Shown: one piece after another, positions 37,299 through 47,909 of the stretch
How the letters are laid out: each line of letters begins with the position of its first letter
Position numbering within the stretch: position 1 is the stretch's first letter
Source of the DNA: an uncultured virus (IMG/VR IMGVR_UViG_3300042429_000720)
Taxonomy: Duplodnaviria > Heunggongvirae > Uroviricota > Caudoviricetes
Virus record (IMG/VR): IMGVR_UViG_3300042429_000720
Strand: one strand, 5' to 3'
Length of the DNA stretch: 57,652 nt
Program-made: the position numbers and the translations under genes
Notes under the pieces: model-generated
What the model was told of the DNA's origin: nothing
Database searches by the model: none
Seen by the model: only the letters and a program-made list of their open reading frames with translations

Positions 37299-38183
37299 AT
37301 GAAGCGGATTGTTATAATTCCTTGCTTTGGTGAAGGGCACTTTACTGCCTTACAGATTGAAAATCTTGTAAACACTATAAAGCCTACTCACATTATTTAC
37401 AATGAAGGACTATTCCCAAAAGGACCTGAAAATAAAGGAGGAGTAGATGAAAGCTTTCGTAAAGAGTTCTGTTTCGAGGATACTAACCTAGCCTGGGATA
37501 CGCAAGTAGTACAAGCAGCTGTAAAAGAAGCTCAAATAAAGTACCCCGAGATACAAATTACCTGGAATGCAGTAGACTACTCAGCCATAGATGCTAACGA
37601 CTGCTACGTACATTCAGTTAGTAACTTTGAAGAATTAGGTGTAGTTGTACAAGAAGGAGATTTGATATTTCCTCTCGAAGGAGATGTATTCTTTCACAAA
37701 AATGATACCGACTTACTAGAAGAACTTATCTCCAATTTAAATCCTGATGAAGGTCTTCAAGCTCCGTACTTAGACTTTATGGAGAATCAATACTACATAG
37801 AGGCAGAAAGTTTAGATCCTTCCCGCATTCATAAAAGAAGAATTGTTATTAAGTTTGGAACCTGGGAATACTACAGAGAGGTTGTAAAGAACTTCACAAG
37901 TCAGAAATACCCTCAACTAACAATCTTTCCAAGATACGTATTTCACTATGCCTGGTGGAGACCCGGTAAGTATAAAGATCTTAGATTTAGACAACTCATA
38001 CGCCCAGAAGCTTACAGAAATGCTTTTAAGTCTGCATTAGAGCAGGCTAAGCATAACAACCAGGACAATATTATTATCAGGCCGGATAGATTAGAAGCTG
38101 ATCCTCTACGTTATATAACTCGAATTAATATAGATCACCCGTTGGAGATCTATACTCATCCTAACTATATTAAAGCATTATGA
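37299..38183 (+). CDS. GT2-like protein
   Basis: IVIIPCF; EGDVF DxD-like motif; FHY; cluster context. Confidence 0.6.
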   Translation: MKRIVIIPCFGEGHFTALQIENLVNTIKPTHIIYNEGLFPKGPENKGGVDESFRKEFCFEDTNLAWDTQVVQAAVKEAQIKYPEIQITWNAVDYSAIDANDCYVHSVSNFEELGVVVQEGDLIFPLEGDVFFHKNDTDLLEELISNLNPDEGLQAPYLDFMENQYYIEAESLDPSRIHKRRIVIKFGTWEYYREVVKNFTSQKYPQLTIFPRYVFHYAWWRPGKYKDLRFRQLIRPEAYRNAFKSALEQAKHNNQDNIIIRPDRLEADPLRYITRINIDHPLEIYTHPNYIKAL

Positions 38184-38914
38184 CACTAGCAGTTATTTAC
38201 AACCACAATCTTCCTGATCTAACCGATCAGCTTTTTGAATCTCTAGAAGCACATAGAGATGATTCTTATGACCTAATCATTATAGATAACGGTTCTACAC
38301 CGGAAGGTAAAAGCAAATACACTACTCACGAGACAGGACAGAATGTTTACTTTGGGGGAGCTTTAAACCTTGCTATGCAATTGTTTTTAGAGAACAAAGA
38401 ATACGACAGTCTGCTTTCTCTCAATAACGATTTAATTCTACATGGAGGTAACTTTGTTAAATCTCTTCGCAAAGCTATGTTCGAAAAAGATTACAAAATT
38501 GTTTCTCCTTGTGTACTACAGCCTCAAAAGAACCAGTGCAAATGGAAGTATGTTCATTGCTGGTCTGCTACCGAAGTACGTGATGTTAAGTGGGTAGACT
38601 TTCAAGCACCTTTAATGCATAGAGACTTAGTTGAGAAGATTAGTCAGTTTTCTAATCAGCTGATCTACGGCTGGGGACAGGATGTATACTCAGGTATTGT
38701 TTGTGAACAGAACAACTGGAAAGTAGGAGTTGTTGACTGGTGTCCAGTCATACATTACTCTGCTCAGACCTACAAGCAGGAAAAGAGTGACTTATCTCTT
38801 AATGAATATTGCCGTAATGCTGAAGGAAATATGTTCAAGTTCTTTGAAGATAACGATTTAGTTCGTATATTCAATGAATACAGAACTCTCTCTGCAAACT
38901 ACACATATGCGTAA
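38180..38914 (+). CDS. Glycosyltransferase family 2
   Basis: IIDNGS, LNND, GWGQD. Confidence 0.82.
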   Translation: MTLAVIYNHNLPDLTDQLFESLEAHRDDSYDLIIIDNGSTPEGKSKYTTHETGQNVYFGGALNLAMQLFLENKEYDSLLSLNNDLILHGGNFVKSLRKAMFEKDYKIVSPCVLQPQKNQCKWKYVHCWSATEVRDVKWVDFQAPLMHRDLVEKISQFSNQLIYGWGQDVYSGIVCEQNNWKVGVVDWCPVIHYSAQTYKQEKSDLSLNEYCRNAEGNMFKFFEDNDLVRIFNEYRTLSANYTYA

Positions 38915-39644
38915 CGTTGTTTTTATCACAAACCTTAACACTAATTACGACACTGTTAACTATTCTCAGTTCTGCTTAGCTACCTGGCAGCACTGGTGTA
39001 AGCGACACGATGTAGAACTTATCGTATTAGATCAACCTCTAGTAGATCCTACTGAGATGAAAGCTACCTGGCAGAGGTGGTACGTCTTAGACATACTAGA
39101 GACAAATAATATTGAATACGATCAAGTAGCATTAGTGGATATTGATACGATGATACACTGGGATGCTCCTAATTTCTTTAATGAAACTAAGCACAACCTA
39201 GCAGCCTGTGTCGATAACGATAATGTAGGTTGGGTATGGCAGAGCTTGGAAGGCTACCAACACTTATTTCCAGAAGTAAAGCTGGATTGGGTCAACTATT
39301 ACAACTGCGGATTTGTTGTAATAAACAAACAGCATAAAGAATTGTGCACTGCTATTACAGATTTCTGGCATAATAACGCAGAAACGTTAACAAACCTGCA
39401 GACAACTTTGCGCAAAGGTACAGATCAAACACCTGTTAACTACCTTACACGGCAGTTAGACTACGATGTAACTCTACTTAATAAGAGATGGAATCTCACT
39501 CACTTAAATCGCAAAGAACTTCTTAACGATTTTATGTTTGTAGATTGCGGTTACGTATGGCATTTTAACGGCTTTGATAAAGAGCACCGTGTTCATTTTA
39601 TGAGTCAGACCTGGAGCAAATACAGAGATCAATATGAAAACTAA
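38907..39644 (+). CDS. GT8/GT34-like glycosyltransferase
   Basis: VDIDT, YYNCG, DQTPVN, WN, WHF. Confidence 0.8.
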   Translation: MRNVVFITNLNTNYDTVNYSQFCLATWQHWCKRHDVELIVLDQPLVDPTEMKATWQRWYVLDILETNNIEYDQVALVDIDTMIHWDAPNFFNETKHNLAACVDNDNVGWVWQSLEGYQHLFPEVKLDWVNYYNCGFVVINKQHKELCTAITDFWHNNAETLTNLQTTLRKGTDQTPVNYLTRQLDYDVTLLNKRWNLTHLNRKELLNDFMFVDCGYVWHFNGFDKEHRVHFMSQTWSKYRDQYEN

Positions 39645-40596
39645 ATTTGCAATTGGCTGTCTAGTACAATGGTACGAAATTGAAATGCTTCCAGAGTATA
39701 TTGATACTCTTTTAGCAGCTGTTGACATATACGATAAAGACCAAGTACTTATCGATATTAAGCTCACCACTAACCAAGAACTAGAACAATTAGATAATCC
39801 AGACAGGTTAGCTTATATTCTATCTCAGTTTGAGAAGCAAGTGGAAAGACTTAATGAATACTCAGCAAATGTTTATATTGATGAAACTCTTATAACTATA
39901 GCAGATTATCGAAGAGAGTTTAATGCCAAGTACTGTACTATGGTTGATGTACTGGTGTGGGGTGAATCAGATATGTTAGTCCCAAAGCAGGCATTTGTAG
40001 TCACAGATCACCTACACCAGAATGTAAAACATACTCCTAAGTACATTGCAACATTCGGTATTTGTAAAATGTGGGATAAAAGCTGGGAACCACTAGAGCA
40101 TCCAGAATTTACAAATAAACCTTTTATAGAAGGAGATACAGAAAATTGGTGGAGCATTCCTTATACTATGTCAGAAGAGGAAATGAATAGCTTTAACAAC
40201 ATTGAAGAACTACAAGTATCTACTATTAGTCCGCACAAATTTAACGGATGCGGATTAGTAATATCTTCAGAAGTTATTAAAGCAGGAGTTAACATTCCTT
40301 CCTCTGTTTTCTTTATTCACGAAGATACAGCGTTCATGCACGTACTGCATCAGTTACTCCCTACTACTCCTCAATACCATTTTAGGAATTTGCTAGTAGT
40401 ACACAATAGAAAACATCCTCAGAAGAGAAACTACATTGCCGGAGAGCAATCTTTTGAAAGCGTGGATATCGATAATAAGAGAAAATCTCATAACTGGTAT
40501 AAATTAGCTAACGAATATTGCAGAACCAATACCAACAATTTATTCAACCCTAACTACAAGTCCTACACCTGGCAGGACGTTTTTAAAGATGCTTAA
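39634..40596 (+). CDS. putative glycosyltransferase
   Basis: ESD and HED motifs; cluster context. Confidence 0.55.
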   Translation: MKTKFAIGCLVQWYEIEMLPEYIDTLLAAVDIYDKDQVLIDIKLTTNQELEQLDNPDRLAYILSQFEKQVERLNEYSANVYIDETLITIADYRREFNAKYCTMVDVLVWGESDMLVPKQAFVVTDHLHQNVKHTPKYIATFGICKMWDKSWEPLEHPEFTNKPFIEGDTENWWSIPYTMSEEEMNSFNNIEELQVSTISPHKFNGCGLVISSEVIKAGVNIPSSVFFIHEDTAFMHVLHQLLPTTPQYHFRNLLVVHNRKHPQKRNYIAGEQSFESVDIDNKRKSHNWYKLANEYCRTNTNNLFNPNYKSYTWQDVFKDA

Positions 40597-41335
40597 AATA
40601 TACTACAGAATATCTGAGGCAGGTTATAATAAGATTAAACCACCTTATATTAATAATGAGAATTGCCTGCGAAACTTTGTAAAGCATTTCGATCCTAGCT
40701 CTATTACTGTAATTGCGGATAATATAGGAGAGGAGACTTTTGAAATGATCTGCAAGTATGTACCGGCTGAAAATATTCAAAGACATTCTGTAGGTAATGG
40801 AGCAGGTACATTCAATCTTGCTTTAGATCAAGCCCTTCAGCTAGAAGATGACACTACAGTATACTTCGTAGAAAATGACTACCTGCATAGAGCAGGAGCT
40901 AGACAAGCTCTAGAAGAAATCTTTCAGACAGGAGTACAGTACATTACTCTTTACGATCATCCAGATAAGTACGTACTAGCAGAACATGGAGGAAACAAAC
41001 TATGTAAAGATGGTCCTGAGATTACTCGTGTATTTGTATCTCGCTACTCTCACTGGAAGGTTACTAATTCAACTACTATGACCTTTGCTGCTAAAGCAAA
41101 GACATTAAAAGCAGACGAAGACATCCTACGGAAGTATACAAACGGCATACATCCAGAGAGTGGAAAAGTTACAGGCCATCCTTATGACTTCTCTATGTTT
41201 TTGGAATTAAACGCTCGCAAGCGTGTATTAATAAGCCCGATACCCGGGTACTCAACTCATGGAGAGACTTATTTTATGTCTCCTTTAATCAACTGGGAAA
41301 ACGAAGTCGATGATTACCACGTGCATCTCCACTAA
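40589..41335 (+). CDS. GT2-like glycosyltransferase
   Basis: YFVENDYLH, LYDHPDKY. Confidence 0.7.
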   Translation: MLKIYYRISEAGYNKIKPPYINNENCLRNFVKHFDPSSITVIADNIGEETFEMICKYVPAENIQRHSVGNGAGTFNLALDQALQLEDDTTVYFVENDYLHRAGARQALEEIFQTGVQYITLYDHPDKYVLAEHGGNKLCKDGPEITRVFVSRYSHWKVTNSTTMTFAAKAKTLKADEDILRKYTNGIHPESGKVTGHPYDFSMFLELNARKRVLISPIPGYSTHGETYFMSPLINWENEVDDYHVHLH

Positions 41336-42215
41336 CAACAACTTAAACTACCTTAAGCTAGCAGTTGCTTCTGTAAGAAAGAATGCATACTATAAGGATC
41401 AACCTATTATTGTACATGCTGAAAATTGCACAGACGGTACAGACGAATGGTTGAAAGCTCAAGCAGGTGAGGTAGGTATTGAGTACTACATAGATCACAA
41501 CACCAAACCTAAAGGTATTGGCGGTGGGATGAACTTCTGTGTAGACAAAGCTCAAACTGAATTCGTAAATATTATCCACTCAGATATGTGGATCGGTCCT
41601 AATCAAGACCTAGAGTTATTAAAGCTATTTGAAAATAATAACAGCAGGCTGATCGCATCTTCGTTTAGAATTCAACCTAAAATCTTCCCAGCTGATCCGG
41701 ACTACAGACCCGGTACAGTTTTCTTCCCATCAGAAGTTTTTGGGGAGTACCATTACAACTTTAATACAGAGTTATTCGATCAGTTTGCCTCAGAGTTCTC
41801 CGAACTTAACAAAGGTACGGAAGTTCGAAAAGGAGGAGGAGCTGGCTTCTTCTGCCGCAAAGAAGACTTTACCCACATAGGAGGAAACGATCCTCTCTTT
41901 GCTCCCTCTAGTTGGGAGGATATGGACCTGTTTGTAAGAATGCAGCTAGAAGGCTTTGAATTCAGAATGGTAGCTACTTCGGTACTATACCATTTTTCTG
42001 CTAGAGGAAGTCACTTTAAGGACGATAACCTAGCAGTTAAATCAGATAGACAGCAGCTAGCAGAGCAAGCAAACATCAACAAATTTAACAGCAAGTGGGG
42101 CCGTCTTCCTGATCACGATGAACAGACATTTGTTAAACCTATTTATAATAGTGGAGTAAATCCTGTTATGTCTTTTACAGAAAATCTAAAATATTTTGAA
42201 GGTTATGAAAGGTGA
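41310..42215 (+). CDS. Glycosyltransferase family 2
   Basis: TDGT, HSDM, WEDMD, YHF. Confidence 0.85.
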   Translation: MITTCISTNNNLNYLKLAVASVRKNAYYKDQPIIVHAENCTDGTDEWLKAQAGEVGIEYYIDHNTKPKGIGGGMNFCVDKAQTEFVNIIHSDMWIGPNQDLELLKLFENNNSRLIASSFRIQPKIFPADPDYRPGTVFFPSEVFGEYHYNFNTELFDQFASEFSELNKGTEVRKGGGAGFFCRKEDFTHIGGNDPLFAPSSWEDMDLFVRMQLEGFEFRMVATSVLYHFSARGSHFKDDNLAVKSDRQQLAEQANINKFNSKWGRLPDHDEQTFVKPIYNSGVNPVMSFTENLKYFEGYER

Positions 42216-43134
42216 AAAAATTTTTATCACCGGCGGAGCAGGGTACCTGGGCCGAAATCTTGTCGAGAGGTATTACACTGATAATGAAATAACAGTGTAC
42301 TCTAGAGACGAAGCAAAGCACTACTACCTTAAAAAAGAGTTCCCAAACATTAATTGCGTCGTAGGAGACGTTCGCAACTACGACTTGCTTAGAAGAGCTT
42401 CCGCCGGACATACTATTGGGATTTTTGCTGCATCTTTAAAACAGATTGAAGCTGTAGATCAGAATGTAGAAGAAGGAGTACGAGTGATTGTAGATGGAGC
42501 TATTAATTCTAGAAGAGTAGCAGAAGAGAATAACTTTAAAGCAGCTTGCTTTATCTCTTCAGATAAATCTAGAGCAGCTACAACCCTGTACGGTGCTATG
42601 AAGTTTGTAGCAGGAGAAGCTTTTATTGTAAACGCAGAGAAGTCTAACGTTAAGCTTTCAACTGCTATCTATGGTAACGTACTAAACTCAACCGGTTCGA
42701 TTATTCCTTTGATGTGGGATGCAATTAAGAAAGGTTATAAACTTACTCTGTACTCTCCTGAGATGACTCGCTTTATGATCGATATCGAGCAAGCTATCGA
42801 CCTTATAGAAGCAGGACTACAGGAAACTGGTTATAATGTTATACCTAATTTAAAGGCTTTTAAGGTAAGAGATCTATTTGAAATTTATGCTGAAAAGTTT
42901 GGATTAGAATATAAACTCGGCACACCACGCATCTCAGAGAAGCTACATGAAATGATGGTATCTAAGGAGGAAAGACCTCGTACGTTCTACAACAAGGACA
43001 ACGATACTTACTACATGCACTACAAAGACATCTCAGACAGACAAGTAAGCTGGGAAGAATTTACAAGCGATCAAGTAGCAGTAAGTAAGCAGGAACTTGA
43101 AGATATTCTACAACACTATAATTACTTTCAATGA
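42205..43134 (+). CDS. UDP-GlcNAc 4,6-dehydratase-like (PseB/FnlA/CapD family)
   Basis: TGGAGYLG, YSRDEAK, GDVR, SSDK, YGAMK, YGNV.NS.GSIIP, MTRF, EKLHE. Confidence 0.88.
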   Translation: MKGEKIFITGGAGYLGRNLVERYYTDNEITVYSRDEAKHYYLKKEFPNINCVVGDVRNYDLLRRASAGHTIGIFAASLKQIEAVDQNVEEGVRVIVDGAINSRRVAEENNFKAACFISSDKSRAATTLYGAMKFVAGEAFIVNAEKSNVKLSTAIYGNVLNSTGSIIPLMWDAIKKGYKLTLYSPEMTRFMIDIEQAIDLIEAGLQETGYNVIPNLKAFKVRDLFEIYAEKFGLEYKLGTPRISEKLHEMMVSKEERPRTFYNKDNDTYYMHYKDISDRQVSWEEFTSDQVAVSKQELEDILQHYNYFQ

Positions 43135-43850
43135 ACGTTTTAGTGCTAGGGCATAAAGGCATGCTTGGACATATGGTTTCCGAGTACCTCTCTAATAATG
43201 GAGTTACAGTTACTGTTACTCCTTTCCGCTACTTAACTCCTGATTTTGCTGATGCAGTAACTTCCTTTAAAGGAGAGTATATTATTAACTGTATTGGAGC
43301 TATTCCTCAACGGACTAAAGACTTTTCTATCAACGAAGATCTTCCTACCTGGTTAGATATTCTAGCAAATACTAGAGTTATACACCCTGGAACTGATTGT
43401 GAAGTAGACGAAGATGTTTACGGCGTATCTAAAAGAAAAGCTAGAGACTTTATTATTGAAAAAGGAACACGTACTAAGATACTCAAAACATCTATCATAG
43501 GACCTGAATTAGACTCTAAAGTTAGTTTACTTGAATGGTTTTTAAATAGCGAGAACTCAGTAGGAGGCTACACCAAAGCTATGTGGAGCGGCATTACAAC
43601 TTTAGAATGGGCTAAACAATGTTATAAACTAATGCAGGATTGGGATAGCTACAAAGTAGAAAATACTATTGAAAGTACTTGCCTCTCTAAATTTGATTTA
43701 CTATCTTTGATTAAAGAAGTATTTAGTAAAGATATTGAAATCGTACCAAACTCTTCAGTAGAAGTAAATAAATGCCTCGTAGGAGAGATAAAAACAAAAT
43801 CAATTAAAGAGCAGCTCATTGAGCTAAAAGAATACTATTATGATAGTTGA
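43131..43850 (+). CDS. RmlD-like NDP-sugar reductase
   Basis: VLGHKGMLG, INCIG, TDC, YG.SK, TSIIGPE. Confidence 0.82.
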   Translation: MNVLVLGHKGMLGHMVSEYLSNNGVTVTVTPFRYLTPDFADAVTSFKGEYIINCIGAIPQRTKDFSINEDLPTWLDILANTRVIHPGTDCEVDEDVYGVSKRKARDFIIEKGTRTKILKTSIIGPELDSKVSLLEWFLNSENSVGGYTKAMWSGITTLEWAKQCYKLMQDWDSYKVENTIESTCLSKFDLLSLIKEVFSKDIEIVPNSSVEVNKCLVGEIKTKSIKEQLIELKEYYYDS

Positions 43851-44772
43851 CCTAAACCCAGAGTTTGGCTATGAACTTGTATGTGCAGCTCCTTATGCGT
43901 ACTGGCTTAAAGAGCAAGGAGAGTATGTTAAGGTAATAACAAGCAAAGGAATGAAACCTTTCTACTGGTTTTGTGACGAAGTAGAAGAGAAGTATACAAC
44001 TAGGTCTGTAGATAATTCCTCTAACGGAGTACAGAATCTACCTAACAGCTGGATACATCATAATGCTCTAGCTATTTTCGGGAAAGACTATAGCCTACTT
44101 ACTGAAGAAGAACAGAAGCAAGCCAACGGATGGTTAGATTACTCTCAATGGGTAGCACCTCCTTATGCTGAGAAGTATTACAAGAAAGATACACCTGCTT
44201 TGAGTAACTATGTTATTATCTCAAATAGGTTTAACTTAGAACACGGGCAGACACCTATTGGGTACTTTGATATAGAGAGTCTGTATATAATGTTTAATCT
44301 TTTAACTGAGAAAGGTTATAACATTATCTATAAACGACCTCGTAATACAGAGTTTGCTACCGATCCTAATGAGCTACAGAATAGAGATATCTTAGCTAAT
44401 GTAGAAGGTCAAGGAGTAATTACTGATTATCAGCTTACTGAATACTTTGAAAATGTATACCTATTCGATGATATTGTTAACCAGGTAGGAGGTACATACA
44501 ATGAAGCTCAGTTAGCAATATACTCTAGTGCCGAAGGATTTATATCTATGGGTGGAGGCTCAAGCATACTTTGCAGCTACTTTAACAAACCTGTTATTAT
44601 TTACGTTAACACTTCTAAAGATATTAGACCGGGTTATTTTGAAGGAGAATCTTACTTCAATAAATTATCTAAAGCAAAGGTAGTACCTGTAGTTGATACC
44701 TTAGACGAAATAGTTAAGAGAGGTTATCGAGATTACTCTAAGGTATTTGAATCTATTAAAGAAGTATTGTAA
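43840..44772 (+). CDS. putative GT-B glycosyltransferase
   Basis: EFGYEL; FISMGGGSS...KP; cluster context. Confidence 0.55.
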   Translation: MIVDLNPEFGYELVCAAPYAYWLKEQGEYVKVITSKGMKPFYWFCDEVEEKYTTRSVDNSSNGVQNLPNSWIHHNALAIFGKDYSLLTEEEQKQANGWLDYSQWVAPPYAEKYYKKDTPALSNYVIISNRFNLEHGQTPIGYFDIESLYIMFNLLTEKGYNIIYKRPRNTEFATDPNELQNRDILANVEGQGVITDYQLTEYFENVYLFDDIVNQVGGTYNEAQLAIYSSAEGFISMGGGSSILCSYFNKPVIIYVNTSKDIRPGYFEGESYFNKLSKAKVVPVVDTLDEIVKRGYRDYSKVFESIKEVL

Positions 44773-45611
44773 TGAAAGTTTTAGTAACAGGAGGAGCAGG
44801 ATTTGTTGGTACAAATTTAATCAAGAGACTTCTTGAAGAAGGTCATGAAGTAGTTTCTATTGATAATTACAGCACTGGCCTGGAGAGCAATCACCAAGAC
44901 GGAGCAGAGTACCTGAACTATGATATCAGAAATATCACCAGCTACGATTGGATCAAGCCTGAGTTTGTTTTCCATATGGCTGCCATTGCTCGTATTCAAC
45001 CTTCATTTGAAAAGCCTCAAGACTATTTTGAAGTTAATGCACTAGGTACAATGAGGTTAGTAGATTGGTGTGCTAAATCAGGAGTACCCGTTGTGTATGC
45101 AGGTTCATCTTCTAAGCATAGTGGAAGGTACAAAAATCCTTACACTTTTTCAAAAGATTTAGGAGAAGATATAATCAAACTATACCAGCAACACTACCAA
45201 CTAAAAGCTTCAATTGCGAGGTTTTACAACGTTTACGGACCTAATCAATTAACAGAAGGAGGTTATACAACTTTAATTGGTAGATGGATTAATAGTTGGT
45301 ACAAGCAAGAGAAGTTCGTAATTTATGGCGATGGAGAACAACGCAGAGACTTCACACACGTCGATGATATTGTTGATGCTCTAACACTAGTTATGTACAA
45401 GCAGACTTACGGATACGAATTTGAGCTGGGAAGAGGTAAAAATTACTCTGTAAACGAAGTACTACAAATGTTCCAACAGACTGCCGAGTATTTCCCAGCA
45501 CGCCCAGGCGAAGCCTTAACTACCCTGAATACAGATAATACTGCTAGAGAAGTTCTAGGATGGAAACCTACCCGCAACCTTACAGATTACCTAAAAGAAG
45601 TTATTAAATGA
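44772..45611 (+). CDS. NAD-dependent epimerase/dehydratase
   Basis: VTGGAGFVG, YTFSK, RFYNVYG, GDGEQRRDFTHV. Confidence 0.92.
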   Translation: MKVLVTGGAGFVGTNLIKRLLEEGHEVVSIDNYSTGLESNHQDGAEYLNYDIRNITSYDWIKPEFVFHMAAIARIQPSFEKPQDYFEVNALGTMRLVDWCAKSGVPVVYAGSSSKHSGRYKNPYTFSKDLGEDIIKLYQQHYQLKASIARFYNVYGPNQLTEGGYTTLIGRWINSWYKQEKFVIYGDGEQRRDFTHVDDIVDALTLVMYKQTYGYEFELGRGKNYSVNEVLQMFQQTAEYFPARPGEALTTLNTDNTAREVLGWKPTRNLTDYLKEVIK

Positions 45612-46786
45612 AAATTAGCTTAATACAGCCAAGCCGTAATAATCTTAAGTACCTTAAGTGGTCTTATGAATCAATTAGAAAAAATCAAGGAGAGCACGAG
45701 ATTGAAATTTGTGTAGCTGACGATGCTAGTACAGACGGAACGTGGGCATGGTGTGTAGAGACGGAGAAAAAAGATCCTAACTTTAAATGGATTCGTAACC
45801 AAGGTCCGGAAAGATTAGGGCATACTATTTTATACGACCGTTTAATTAATAATGTAGCAACTGCAGATGTAGCGATGATCTACCATGCTGATATGTACTT
45901 ATGTCCAGGTGCTATTTCTGCTATTGAGAAACATATTAAGCCAGGTGTAATTGTATCTCTAACTCGAATTGAGCCACCACTACACCCTCCAGGACCAGAA
46001 AAGGTTTTAGCTAACTTTGGTACTGAGCCTGAAGAGTTTAACGAAGAGGCTTTCTTAAACTGGTATAGTAAGCTAGAGGTGCAGCAAGCTACAGAAGGTG
46101 TTTTTGCTCCCTGGGCTTTCTACCGCAAAGACTTCCAGAAGATTGGAGGACACGACCCTTTATATGCTCCGCAATCAAAAGAAGACTCCGATATTTTTAA
46201 CCGCTTTCACCTAGACGGAGTTAAATTTGTGCAGACTTGGGAAGGACACGTATACCATATGACCTGCAGAGGGTCTAGGTTTAATCCTACCTTGACAACT
46301 CCAGGTAAAAATAGTAGCGAGTGGGAAGCTCAAAATATGAGATCTACTCGTAATTTTATTCGGAAGTGGGGACATTTTGTAAAACATGATAGTATGATGA
46401 AACCAATTGTATCTCCTAAGTACGACATTGGTATTAAAGTCACAAATTGTACCAGTGAATTATTAGAGCTTCTTGAACCCTGGTGTTCAACAATTCTGAT
46501 CGATGATGAGATGCAGGTACTAACTACTCACTACTTGGATAAAGAACAGCATAACACTCAATATAATCTTGCAGAGAAAATCAAAACAACTCCGTTCGAT
46601 ACCTTACAAAATGAAATCATACTAACTGTGGATAAAAATACTTTTACTGAATATGACTTTCAAGTACTGCAACAGTTACCGGAGATTATCCAAATGAATG
46701 GAAACCCAGGTACATATACCGTAAGTAGTATGTCTTTAGAAATTAGTAAGATGAACGAATATCAGAATAGTTTAATTAACTTATAG
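45608..46786 (+). CDS. Glycosyltransferase family 2
   Basis: DDASTDGT, HADM, EDSD. Confidence 0.88.
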   Translation: MKISLIQPSRNNLKYLKWSYESIRKNQGEHEIEICVADDASTDGTWAWCVETEKKDPNFKWIRNQGPERLGHTILYDRLINNVATADVAMIYHADMYLCPGAISAIEKHIKPGVIVSLTRIEPPLHPPGPEKVLANFGTEPEEFNEEAFLNWYSKLEVQQATEGVFAPWAFYRKDFQKIGGHDPLYAPQSKEDSDIFNRFHLDGVKFVQTWEGHVYHMTCRGSRFNPTLTTPGKNSSEWEAQNMRSTRNFIRKWGHFVKHDSMMKPIVSPKYDIGIKVTNCTSELLELLEPWCSTILIDDEMQVLTTHYLDKEQHNTQYNLAEKIKTTPFDTLQNEIILTVDKNTFTEYDFQVLQQLPEIIQMNGNPGTYTVSSMSLEISKMNEYQNSLINL

Positions 46787-46945
46787 ACAAATGGGCAAGA
46801 TTCATTTGCAAGATCTAGACCGCTACCAGGAAGAAGCACGTCCTTACCAGCCGATCAAGACAAATAAGAAGAAAAAAGTAGGTCCTATTTATAAAAAGGA
46901 CGACGATCAGTTGGATCGAAACTAACTTCTTCTTATATTTAAAGC

Positions 46946-47287
46946 ATGAAAGAGCTACTCTTAAAAGAAATCCAAAACGTAATTGCTGAAGCCACTAAAG
47001 TAAACTTTAAGGGTAAGCAGTTTGTACTTAAGGTGGGTGTTAACGAAGATCCAAACAAAAAAGGAATCAAAGTACAATTCATTCCTGCTGATATGTCTCC
47101 TATCAATCCTACCGAGCAGAATGAAATTGCAATGGCATTAGCTGAAAAGCTTGATACAGGTCTTAAGCAGTACGGTATGCAAGTAGAGAGAGACAGAGAG
47201 CTTAAAGACAAATCAATCGTAGGCTTCTTCATCTACATCGAATATGTAGATAAAATTATCCGTCAAGCATTAGGAACTGGAGCTTAA
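46946..47287 (+). CDS. hypothetical protein
   Basis: Clean ORF downstream of promoter motifs. Confidence 0.7.
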   Translation: MKELLLKEIQNVIAEATKVNFKGKQFVLKVGVNEDPNKKGIKVQFIPADMSPINPTEQNEIAMALAEKLDTGLKQYGMQVERDRELKDKSIVGFFIYIEYVDKIIRQALGTGA

Positions 47288-47453
47288 CCTAACTTACTTT
47301 TATGAAAAGATTCTCTTTCTACAGTCGAACAGATAGTAGCCAGGAGGCTATTGGATCTACTTTTACATTTAACCGCCTTGCTGCTGCTAGGTACTTTGCA
47401 GAAAGAAAACATTTACCGCTTAAGAGCTTCTTAAGCCTATTTAAAGTCACTAG

Positions 47454-47858
47454 ATGAATCCTAAGGAAATACTTAGACGAATACTAAAAGAACAGTTACC
47501 TTTGAAGTACCGAATAAAAGAGGTACCTCGAAATAAAGAAGCTATGCATAAAGAATTATTTATAGAAATACTTAAGCTGTTAAAAGAAATCGACGATCGA
47601 ACAGACTTTGTAGCTTCCGAAATTGGAATGGATATTGCAGCTTACGAAGATAAGTTCTTTAGAGTTATCCACAACTTAATGAGAATGACCTTTAACAGGG
47701 AACAAGTTTTTCTAATCGAGCTGTACTTGAATGAAATCGACTACAACGAAAAAGAAGAATGGGATGGATGCATCTCAGTAACTGTTGGTAAAAAAGAGCA
47801 GAAGATTGCATTCCGCACCCCAGAAGATGTTTGGGAAGCTATTCAGAAATTTAAATAA
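47454..47858 (+). CDS. hypothetical protein
   Basis: ORF. Confidence 0.7.
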   Translation: MNPKEILRRILKEQLPLKYRIKEVPRNKEAMHKELFIEILKLLKEIDDRTDFVASEIGMDIAAYEDKFFRVIHNLMRMTFNREQVFLIELYLNEIDYNEKEEWDGCISVTVGKKEQKIAFRTPEDVWEAIQKFK

Positions 47859-47909
47859 AAGTTGGATCCTAACCAACTTCTTGCTATCTTTAGGTAAATA
47901 AATAAAAAC

